From a virus, in the IMG/VR virus record IMGVR_UViG_3300045988_108212, positions 32,001-96,000 of that record: a stretch of DNA of 64,000 nucleotides; one strand, written 5' to 3'. This document shows, in pieces, positions 35,340 to 43,666 of the stretch (within the stretch, counting starts at the first letter, position 1; each line of letters starts with the position of its first letter). The position numbers and the translations under genes were made by a program. The notes under the pieces were generated by a model, which saw nothing but the letters and a program-made list of their open reading frames with translations, was not told where the DNA came from and made no database searches.

Positions 35340-36362
35340 TTACTCACCTACTTCTGCTTTTGCAGCATCTTTAAGTTTTTTAATTTCTGATTTTTTCATA
35401 CCTAAAGCATTTAACTGCGCCTCTAATTCTTTAATTTCTGTACGAATATCTTTCTTTTTCTTTGTTAAAACTTTCTTTTCTTCTTTGGCTGCTTTTGCTT
35501 TAGCACTCTGTTCTTTACCAATCAGCAACTGCTCATTAAAACGATCTTTCATTGCTTCAATAGAATCATCTGTTTCAAACATTGAATCATCCCATAGGTC
35601 AAAGCGTTTTTCATTTGCTAAATCATAGAATTCTTTATTAAGTTCAATACCAATTGCATTTCTACTATTTTCAATGGCAACTTTGTTAACAGTTCCTGCG
35701 CCAGCAAATGGATCTAAAATTGTATCACCTGGGCAAGACCAAAGTTTAATACAGCGTTTAACTAATTCTTCAGCGAACGGGGTTGTATGTCCGATACCTG
35801 AATTACTGATGTTCCATACACCATCTGCCCAATCAGCCCATTCTGCCAATGTAATATCGGATGCTTTGATTAATTCACAATCTCCTGCTTTCTTATACAC
35901 GTAAACAAATCCAACATTAGCTGCAAGAATTGTATCTCTTGCTTTCATGTTTCTGTAATACAGATTTCCCTGCGCTAACATGGCTCTCTGTGCAGAATAT
36001 TTTCTCCAAAATGCTTTTGTCCAAAGTGAAAAATTATTATCTAAGAAAATCTGATTAATGGAACCAGTTAAGCTTTCCTGACCCATTTTGTTGTCTCTTC
36101 CAATGGTGTAATTGTAATCTTCAAACTGCATAATGAATTTGCCACCTGGCTTTAAAACTCTTTCACATTCTGCGATGACAAGCCCTAACAAATAATAATA
36201 TTCTTCATAGCTTTCACAGTTTGATAAATCGCTTGGATCATTGCTATAAACTCTAAGATTATGATATGGCGGAGATGTAATTACCATATCTACAGTCTCT
36301 GCATCCATCTTCTTTAATTCTTTTAAACAATCACCATTAATCCAGTTATTAAATAATTTCAT
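35340..36362 (-). CDS. DNA methyltransferase (beta class; SPPY motif suggests N4-cytosine or N6-adenine)
   Basis: DMVITSPPY followed later by DTILDPFAGAGT. The start at 36362 has SD TAAGGAG. Lysine-rich coiled C-terminus. Confidence 0.8.
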   Translation of the reverse strand: MKLFNNWINGDCLKELKKMDAETVDMVITSPPYHNLRVYSNDPSDLSNCESYEEYYYLLGLVIAECERVLKPGGKFIMQFEDYNYTIGRDNKMGQESLTGSINQIFLDNNFSLWTKAFWRKYSAQRAMLAQGNLYYRNMKARDTILAANVGFVYVYKKAGDCELIKASDITLAEWADWADGVWNISNSGIGHTTPFAEELVKRCIKLWSCPGDTILDPFAGAGTVNKVAIENSRNAIGIELNKEFYDLANEKRFDLWDDSMFETDDSIEAMKDRFNEQLLIGKEQSAKAKAAKEEKKVLTKKKKDIRTEIKELEAQLNALGMKKSEIKKLKDAAKAEVGE

Positions 36363-36405
36363 ATGTAACTCCTTAATATATTTTTTCATCAAAGATTAAT
36401 TTTAT

Positions 36406-36669
36406 CTATTCTACGATCATCCAATCTTCAGCCAACATATCTGTCTGACTTGCAAGCCAAGGAACTACATTCCCCTGTGCTGTTTTCATTGCAATATATG
36501 CTCCATATTCGACTAATCCGTCTTCATTCACAATGCTTTTTGCAATATCGGTACATGGCGCATAAGCTCCTGCTGGAACATAATATAAAAACATACCTTT
36601 CCCATTCCAACCTTTTCTTGCTACTTTTCTTTTATCTTTCATTGCATCAATTGCTGTTCCAAAATCCAT
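36406..36669 (-). CDS. DUF2829-family protein (Tad2-like candidate signal-nucleotide sponge)
   Basis: MDFGTAIDAMKDKRKVARKGWNGKGMFLYY..YIAMKTAQGNVVPWLASQTDMLAEDWMIVE matches the DUF2829 pattern as I recall it. Confidence 0.6.
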   Translation of the reverse strand: MDFGTAIDAMKDKRKVARKGWNGKGMFLYYVPAGAYAPCTDIAKSIVNEDGLVEYGAYIAMKTAQGNVVPWLASQTDMLAEDWMIVE

Positions 36670-36682
36670 AATAAATTCTCCT

Positions 36683-36946
36683 TTACTCTTTATTGTATGT
36701 GTATTTTACATAACTCCCTTTGTAGCTTACATTCGCCAAATCTTTTGACTTCCTCTGTTCTTCTTCTTTTCTAATTTTTTCCAAAAGATAATCTGTTTTA
36801 TCACTACATATTTTCTTATCTTCTCTAGTACACTTACCGTAAATATCACATTTTGTACATTTCGTCGCTATAAACTTAAATGCCTGCTGTCGATTAAAGT
36901 TTGTAACATCAATAAGTTTACCTATCATACTTTTCACTCCAACCAA
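36683..36946 (-). CDS. Small cysteine-containing protein
   Basis: Co-directional ORF with CTKCDIYGKC..C. Confidence 0.45.
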   Translation of the reverse strand: MVGVKSMIGKLIDVTNFNRQQAFKFIATKCTKCDIYGKCTREDKKICSDKTDYLLEKIRKEEEQRKSKDLANVSYKGSYVKYTYNKE

Positions 36947-37686
36947 TCATTGTCAATATAATAGAAACTATACGTTAGACCGCCAGTTAAGATAATCCAA
37001 AAAATCCAGAATATTGCTTTCAAAACTTCTCCACTCGACTTATATGACTCAACCGTTTTATGTAAATTTGACTTATTTAAATCACAAGTTGTCATAGTGT
37101 TATTTTTTAGTTTTGTGTAAACAGTTCCCTTAACTGGTTTTGCTTCCATACCATAGTATTCATACCTGACACGAGCAGAATGATAAATTCTTTTTAGGTA
37201 ATGACTTCCTATGAAATCAATCTTATCTTCCTTGAATTTTTTGCCTGCAAATTTAATCTGTTTACAAGTCTTACTTTCTCTCCACATGTCATCCCACGAA
37301 TACCAAACTCTCTTTCTGTAATGGACTTTTCCTTTACTGCCTTTTACTCTTTCAATTTTTTCATGTCTGCGATACTCTTGTCGGACTTTTCTGACATAAT
37401 AATACTTGCCGCCAATTTCTTTGTATGTAACTGTGTCTACAGGTTCTAACTTCCCATAAACAAAAGCGTTACCTACATTGGTTTCCATACCATATTGAAA
37501 AACATCATCATTTTTTATCTTAAGGGCGTGATTGTATTCTTCATTTTTATCAAGGATGGAATTATCAATATTACTACTGATAACGATTCCAAACACAAGC
37601 ATGACTGCGATCAATGTTACACTCGCTAAGATTTCCCTTGGAGTTATCTCATAATTACCAAAATTCAATCCTTTGTGTTGCTTCAT
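36934..37686 (-). CDS. Membrane protein (N- and C-terminal TM helices)
   Basis: SVTLIAVMLVFGIVI and IFWIFWIILTGGLTYSFYY. Confidence 0.5.
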   Translation of the reverse strand: MKQHKGLNFGNYEITPREILASVTLIAVMLVFGIVISSNIDNSILDKNEEYNHALKIKNDDVFQYGMETNVGNAFVYGKLEPVDTVTYKEIGGKYYYVRKVRQEYRRHEKIERVKGSKGKVHYRKRVWYSWDDMWRESKTCKQIKFAGKKFKEDKIDFIGSHYLKRIYHSARVRYEYYGMEAKPVKGTVYTKLKNNTMTTCDLNKSNLHKTVESYKSSGEVLKAIFWIFWIILTGGLTYSFYYIDNDWLE

Positions 37687-37689
37687 ATA

Positions 37690-38250
37690 TTACTCTCCAA
37701 ATAAATGCTGAGGTGCAGTTTCGGGAGCATCCTTATATTCTAAATAAGTATAGTTCTTTATTTCATATCCAAGATTATTTAAGAAAATTCGTGTTGGAAA
37801 TTTCTTTACATATCTGTTATATTCTTTAATCTGCTGATTATAGTTACTGCGATATTCGGCAATTAAATTCTCTGTGACAGATAATTCGTTCATTAACCTT
37901 TTATAGTTCTTATCCGCCTTGAGTTCTGGATAAGATTCTGTAACTGCTGCAATTGCTGTGCTTGCATTTTCAACAGTTCCTTTAGAACTACGTCCTTTAA
38001 CGATTTCTTTAAGTGTATTTGCCTCATGTTTATCATAAGATTTCACACAATCTACCAAGTTATAAATCAGATCAACCCTACGTTTCTCTTGTACATTAAT
38101 GTCAGATTTTGCTTTATCAACCTGTTCTTCTAATGAAATTGCATGGTTCTGCGAACTCTGAACCCCAAATGTGCAGGCTAGAAATACCGCCACAACTCCT
38201 ACTAGAATAATTACTGGAATCTTCCATGCTGTGCTTTTTTCTTTGCTCAT
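37690..38250 (-). CDS. LemA-family membrane protein
   Basis: TM helix, then EEQVDKAKSDINVQEKRRVDLIYNLV..YNRYVKKFPTRIF. The start at 38250 has SD AAAGGAG. Confidence 0.7.
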   Translation of the reverse strand: MSKEKSTAWKIPVIILVGVVAVFLACTFGVQSSQNHAISLEEQVDKAKSDINVQEKRRVDLIYNLVDCVKSYDKHEANTLKEIVKGRSSKGTVENASTAIAAVTESYPELKADKNYKRLMNELSVTENLIAEYRSNYNQQIKEYNRYVKKFPTRIFLNNLGYEIKNYTYLEYKDAPETAPQHLFGE

Positions 38251-38266
38251 ATTCAATTTTCTCCTT

Positions 38267-38608
38267 TTAAAACTTAGGTCGTTTAATCTCTTTCTGTTTC
38301 GACCAATCAATTTCTGAAGGTTCTACACCTGTCTGCTGTTTGTAGAATTCATAATCTTCTGTCCAAAACTCTGCATCTTCATCTTTAACGAAGTAACTCT
38401 CGTCAAAAACTAGATCCATCTCGTCTGGAGTAGCAAGATATTTTACTTTACAACGTCTACCATATTTGTATGTTTCTCCGTTATAGCAAATTGAACACGG
38501 CTCCCAGATGCGATATTCTACATAATTGTCTTTTACAACAAACCTTTCGATTTTGCTTTCTGGGATTCCCTGTCTAACAAAACATTCGTAAATGGTTAGT
38601 TTATTCAC
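38267..38608 (-). CDS. Hypothetical protein
   Basis: Overlaps the ligA stop. Confidence 0.5.
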   Translation of the reverse strand: MNKLTIYECFVRQGIPESKIERFVVKDNYVEYRIWEPCSICYNGETYKYGRRCKVKYLATPDEMDLVFDESYFVKDEDAEFWTEDYEFYKQQTGVEPSEIDWSKQKEIKRPKF

Positions 38609-40592
38609 TCGTATCTCCCTTCAGAATCTTGATTAATCCATCTTCATCAATGATCGGAATGCCTAACTGTTGTGCTTTTTTATTCTTACTGCTTGTAGAA
38701 TTCACATCATTGTTCACAAGATAATTCGTATTCTTTGATACAGATCCTGCAACCTTGCCACCTCTGGACTCAATTTCATCTTTGATCGCATTACGATTGG
38801 CAAACTTATTTACTTTACCAGTCACAACAAAAGTCATTCCTGTGAGATCAACCATTGATTCTTTTTTGCTTTCTGGCATCTCAAACTCAAGCTCTTTAGC
38901 TAATTTCTCGACCATTTCAATGTTTTCTTTGAAATAATCATCCATTGACAATGAAGTATTGATACCAATACCATCAATATGTCCAAAATATTTTCTCTTT
39001 TTGATTCTTTCGATAAACACATCATATGGATTTTCGTTATTCGATAGAGAAATCTTATCAATAAGCTTGCAAATATCCTTTGCCGTTGACTTCCCAACAA
39101 GTTCAATGCCAAGTGCTGTTACGAAATTAACCAGTTTACACTTACGACTTTCCTCGATGCTATGTAATAAGGAAGAAACACTTTTTACACCAAATCCATC
39201 AAGGTTCTTCATCTCAGGTTTATACTCTGCTAAATTATAAATATCTGTATAATCTTTTAGCCATCCAAGATCAATAAATCTTTTCAGTGTTGCCTCAGAT
39301 AAACCTTGAATATTCATTGCATCTCTGGAAACAAAGTTCACAAACTTGCTTAATAGCTTTGCCTTGCAGTCAGGATTCATACATTTCAGAACCTTACTGC
39401 CATTCTCGTTGATGATTTTTGCTTCGCCACCGCAGGTTGGACAAGTATCTGGAATCTTGAATGTATTGCTTCTTGTCAGATTATCGTGTACTTTTGGAAT
39501 TACCATATTACTACGATAAACCTGAATCGTATCGCCTGCACCAAGCTCTAATCCTTCAATGTAACTTACATTATGTAATGTAGCTCTTGTGGTTTCTGCA
39601 CCATCAAGATCAATTGGATCGAATACTGCGACTGGATTAATCAACCCTGTACGAGATGTATTCCATTCAATATCTCTGATTGTTGTTTCGTAGAGGTCAT
39701 CAGACCATTTCATCGCAAGCATATTTAAGGGGAATTTACTCGTTGCCCCAAGAGATTTCCCATACTGATAGTCGTTATAAGTGAAAATCAGACCATCAAC
39801 AGGATATTCATATGCCTCTGGATCAAATTTCTCAATATATTCTTCAACATTATCTCGATCAACAATCTGATGTTCTACAACGTCAAATCCCTGCTCTGCA
39901 AGATATTTAAAACTATCAGCAATACTTGGCATTTCTTCTTCAGATACGCCATCAATTTTGACTAACTCAAATGCTTTGTAAGCAAGTTTTCTTTCCTTTG
40001 CTACATTCGCATCTAACTGCCTGATTGTACCTGCTGCCAGATTTCTTGCGTTCTTGTATTTACCATGCAACGCTTCATTGATTTTCTGGAAGTTTTCATA
40101 ACTAATAACTGATTCGCCACGTACCTCAATACTACGCTTATCAGGAATCTCAAGAGGTAAATTGAAAATCATACGTGCTGTATGAGTCACATCTTCTCCA
40201 ATTTCGCCATTTCCCCTTGTAATTGCTTGTTTTAAGCGTCCTTTTTCGTACCTTAGTACCACCGTCAAACCATCTTCTTTCCACGATAAAACACCAATTT
40301 TATCCGCAAGAAATTTTTTGACCTCATTGACATCCTTCGTCTTCTGAGCTGATAACATTGGGCGTGTATGCTTTACTTTAGCCAAAGAATCAATTATAAA
40401 TCCTTGAACGTGGTGGATGGGTGAATTATTCAAAACAACGCCAGAATCTCTCTCAAGTCGTTCTAAAGCAGCGCATAAATCGTCAAATTCTTTATCTGAA
40501 ATGAGCGGATTATCCTCTGCGTAGTACGCATATGAAGCATCATTGATTCTGTCGATCAAGACATTCATTTCTTTCACATATTCAGTTTTCAT
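38601..40592 (-). CDS. ligA: NAD-dependent DNA ligase
   Basis: N-terminal YY..D.P.ISD.EFD, adenylylation region SWKEDGLTV, Cys4 zinc finger CPTCGG..C.NPDC, HhH repeats, and a C-terminal BRCT (TFVVTGK..). Confidence 0.85.
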   Translation of the reverse strand: MKTEYVKEMNVLIDRINDASYAYYAEDNPLISDKEFDDLCAALERLERDSGVVLNNSPIHHVQGFIIDSLAKVKHTRPMLSAQKTKDVNEVKKFLADKIGVLSWKEDGLTVVLRYEKGRLKQAITRGNGEIGEDVTHTARMIFNLPLEIPDKRSIEVRGESVISYENFQKINEALHGKYKNARNLAAGTIRQLDANVAKERKLAYKAFELVKIDGVSEEEMPSIADSFKYLAEQGFDVVEHQIVDRDNVEEYIEKFDPEAYEYPVDGLIFTYNDYQYGKSLGATSKFPLNMLAMKWSDDLYETTIRDIEWNTSRTGLINPVAVFDPIDLDGAETTRATLHNVSYIEGLELGAGDTIQVYRSNMVIPKVHDNLTRSNTFKIPDTCPTCGGEAKIINENGSKVLKCMNPDCKAKLLSKFVNFVSRDAMNIQGLSEATLKRFIDLGWLKDYTDIYNLAEYKPEMKNLDGFGVKSVSSLLHSIEESRKCKLVNFVTALGIELVGKSTAKDICKLIDKISLSNNENPYDVFIERIKKRKYFGHIDGIGINTSLSMDDYFKENIEMVEKLAKELEFEMPESKKESMVDLTGMTFVVTGKVNKFANRNAIKDEIESRGGKVAGSVSKNTNYLVNNDVNSTSSKNKKAQQLGIPIIDEDGLIKILKGDTSE

Positions 40593-40676
40593 AATTTTTG
40601 GATTTTCCTTTTCTTGTTTATATTGTTTAGTTAATTATTTTAATTTGTGTTTTCTATGTCTTTCAGTAACTGCCAA

Positions 40677-41315
40677 TTACTTCACTACATATATTTTTCT
40701 GTGCTGTTGCACATTTATTGTTTCGGAATGTGTTGATTTGAACACGTCTACATGCATTCCTTTTACTTTGCCTCCGCAATCTTCTGCCACAAAGATTGTG
40801 TCACCGTATCCCTCAATCTTAACTCTTGTTCCATAAGGGATAATGTTTTTATCAACCGCAATCGTATGATATGGTCGAGCAAATTTATGCCCTGCATGAT
40901 TCCAAGCAATCTTAGATCCATATCCTTCAGAACATTCATAACATGGACAATATGCCGTGATCAAAAATGTTCCAAGTGAACTCTTTTCAAGTTCTCGCTT
41001 TCGCTTCAGCCGCTGTCGTTTAATTCGCAATCGTTTCTTTCGAAGTTTTTCTAATCGAATCTGTCTTGCTTGCTCTTCATCAGCTTTCTTACATTTCTGA
41101 TAATGCTCATGAACATCTTTTAATGCAACGCTTTGGCTGATTGGATTGTCTGAAATCACATTGCCTTGCTTATTTTCTGCAACAGTTGTCTCTGTTGATA
41201 AGGTTGAAGCCTCTACCGAGGGTCGCTCCTCTGCTTTAACCGTGTGAGTCATAAAGCCCGAACACATTGCTAAAAAACTAAACGAGACAACTTTCATTAA
41301 AAATCTTTTTCTCAT
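40677..41315 (-). CDS. Secreted 3D-domain (MltA/RlpA-like) protein
   Basis: Signal peptide MRKRFLMKVVSFSFLAMC. C-terminal TAYCPCYECSEG..IAVDKNIIPYGTRVKIEGYG..VAEDCGGKVKGMHVDVF. Confidence 0.7.
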   Translation of the reverse strand: MRKRFLMKVVSFSFLAMCSGFMTHTVKAEERPSVEASTLSTETTVAENKQGNVISDNPISQSVALKDVHEHYQKCKKADEEQARQIRLEKLRKKRLRIKRQRLKRKRELEKSSLGTFLITAYCPCYECSEGYGSKIAWNHAGHKFARPYHTIAVDKNIIPYGTRVKIEGYGDTIFVAEDCGGKVKGMHVDVFKSTHSETINVQQHRKIYVVK

Positions 41316-41392
41316 TTTCACATTTCCTTTCCTTAGCATATTGGTATCTTATCATACTTCTTGCACCCTGTCAATAGGTGCAAAGAATAAAG

Positions 41393-43666
41393 TTAATTTT
41401 TTAGGCTTAACCAAGTGCGCCTCTTATTATGATTTGTCATAATACATCTCTTAAACGCTTCTGGCTCTGCAAGGAGTGCAAATCTTTTCTTAGCTCGTGT
41501 CAACATTGTATATAACATACAGTTATCAAGCAATTTGTAATGTGTATTGTCAATAATACCGATCACAGTTTGCGCAGCTGATCCTTGAAGTTTATGCGTG
41601 GTTAATGCATATGCTAATTGCAGTTGTCCTAACTGAGCGAAAGAATATTCAATCAGCTTTTCTTCAATATTTGCATTCATAGACACCAAACATATTTCTT
41701 TTTCTTTGTCAATCTCTGTAATGTATCCAATATCACCATTGAATACATCTCGCTCGTAATCATTTGAAGTCTGTAATACCTTATCTCCTAAATAGTATTT
41801 ACGATCTTTGAATTCAACAAATGGTTTGTTACTACTAGCAAATAATTCTTTCTGTACTGCTTTGTTCAATTCATCTGTGCTGTTCGTACAATTACTTCTT
41901 CGTGGAGAAATAATCACAACATTGTCAAGCCCTTCCTCTTTGACAGATTTGATATACTGCTTTACTGCCATATTGAACAATGATTCTCTATTCTTCCTGA
42001 ACAAATAAAACATATCATTTAGTTCACCATGAACAATTTTTAATTGTGGGCTATCCAATGGATTAATCCCTCTGCGAATCTTTCTTGCATCCGTTAAAAT
42101 ACCAGATTTTTCTGCTTGTCTCATCGGTTTGGTAAGCTGTACACTATTTAAACCTTTCTTTTTCAACAGATCCGAGAAAATATTACCAAATCCAATCGGT
42201 GGCAACTGCATATAGTCACCACAAAAAATTAATCGTGTTCCTGGTCGAATTGCCAATAAAAAATTATAGAAAAGGCTCGCATTTGTCATGCTACTTTCAT
42301 CCATGATTACTACATCAGCAGGTAATGGGTTATCTTGGTTATAACAAAAACTATCAATACCTTCTGCTACAAGTAACCTATGAATAGTCCGTGAGTCTAA
42401 GCCTGTTGCTTCTTTAATTCTTTGGGCTGCTTTTGCAGATAAAGCACACGCAACAATGCTATTATTTCTTTTTTGGTAGCATTTAATAATTGGTTTCAGA
42501 ATTGTTGTTTTACCAGTTCCAGCTTCTCCAGAAATAAACACAACTTGGCAATTTAATGCTTTGTTAACTCCTGTAATTTGTTCTTCTGAAAACATAAACC
42601 CTTCTTCATCTTCAACTTCAGAAATCGTCTGACTAATCTCACTATCTGTTATTGGTTCGTAATCTGTTGTATTTCCAAATGAATATTTCTCCATATCTTT
42701 AATAAATTCGTAAATATCCATTTCAATTTTATAATACGATTTCAGACCAATTTTATCTCCAGATGTATATAAATAATTTGGTAATTTTTTATCTGATTCT
42801 TCATCAAACCATTCGTCAAATATAGGTAAGCATTCAGACGCTGCATTACTAATATTGCTTCTTAAATTTTTGATATACACATATGTATGTCCATCATTAT
42901 CACCAACTTGATGCAAGTCGTAAGAAATAAATGCGTTTAACCGTTGATTTGAGCATCGCAATTCTGGTTTTAATTTGAGCGCAATATCATCAACTCGTTT
43001 AAAGCCCATGCCCTTTACCCTAGTTAGTATATATGGATTTTGTTCAATCTGTTTTTTTAAAACACTTGGATTAGGTTCGGATTTCAATAATCTTTCAATC
43101 GTTGGTAACGTAACCCCATATGGTTGCAACATTACAACAATATCAGAAATCACATAGTTTTTAATAATTTTATCTCTAAGCTTCTTCCAAGTTTTATCTC
43201 CTAGTCCTTTGATTTCTGAATGGTCAATCATCTCTAACTGACCATTCATTACATCTTCAACAACATTAGGATATTTCGCAATTAACTGATCTGCGATCAC
43301 TGCGTTCGTCTGTGTTTTTAAAAATACCTTTTGTGCTTCAAAAGTTTTAGGAACTTCAGCAACTATAGAAAGTGGTTTATATTGGTATTCATTGTATTTC
43401 TTAGAATATGTCATATTGGCTTTAACCTTATATTTCGTTCCTAAATACAACTCCTGCATATTACCAACCAATTTGCCACATTTATTCATTTTTTTATCGG
43501 ATAAGTCATCAAAATCATTATTATTATATGGTTTACATTCTGGTAAATCTTCTGCTGTACAGAATGTGTAAATCCCAAATAAAGATTCTTCATTATAATA
43601 AATCTGATATAATGGGACAATCTCAAACTCATATTCTTTTGTACTATCCACCACTTTAGGCGACAA
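41393..43666 (-). CDS. RecD/TraA-like SF1 helicase
   Basis: ISGEAGTGKTT, VIMDESSM, and C-terminal YALTTHKLQGS. Confidence 0.8.
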   Translation of the reverse strand: MSPKVVDSTKEYEFEIVPLYQIYYNEESLFGIYTFCTAEDLPECKPYNNNDFDDLSDKKMNKCGKLVGNMQELYLGTKYKVKANMTYSKKYNEYQYKPLSIVAEVPKTFEAQKVFLKTQTNAVIADQLIAKYPNVVEDVMNGQLEMIDHSEIKGLGDKTWKKLRDKIIKNYVISDIVVMLQPYGVTLPTIERLLKSEPNPSVLKKQIEQNPYILTRVKGMGFKRVDDIALKLKPELRCSNQRLNAFISYDLHQVGDNDGHTYVYIKNLRSNISNAASECLPIFDEWFDEESDKKLPNYLYTSGDKIGLKSYYKIEMDIYEFIKDMEKYSFGNTTDYEPITDSEISQTISEVEDEEGFMFSEEQITGVNKALNCQVVFISGEAGTGKTTILKPIIKCYQKRNNSIVACALSAKAAQRIKEATGLDSRTIHRLLVAEGIDSFCYNQDNPLPADVVIMDESSMTNASLFYNFLLAIRPGTRLIFCGDYMQLPPIGFGNIFSDLLKKKGLNSVQLTKPMRQAEKSGILTDARKIRRGINPLDSPQLKIVHGELNDMFYLFRKNRESLFNMAVKQYIKSVKEEGLDNVVIISPRRSNCTNSTDELNKAVQKELFASSNKPFVEFKDRKYYLGDKVLQTSNDYERDVFNGDIGYITEIDKEKEICLVSMNANIEEKLIEYSFAQLGQLQLAYALTTHKLQGSAAQTVIGIIDNTHYKLLDNCMLYTMLTRAKKRFALLAEPEAFKRCIMTNHNKRRTWLSLKN

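Noticed and set aside
35203-35628. Long antisense ORFs in the track, for example 35203-35628, 44998-45360, 50515-50844, 56700-57017, 58369-58686, 13426-13740 and 8905-9132.
   Set aside because: They lie opposite well-supported genes, lack SD sequences, and have the S/L/F/I-rich low-complexity composition expected of shadow frames in AT-rich DNA.
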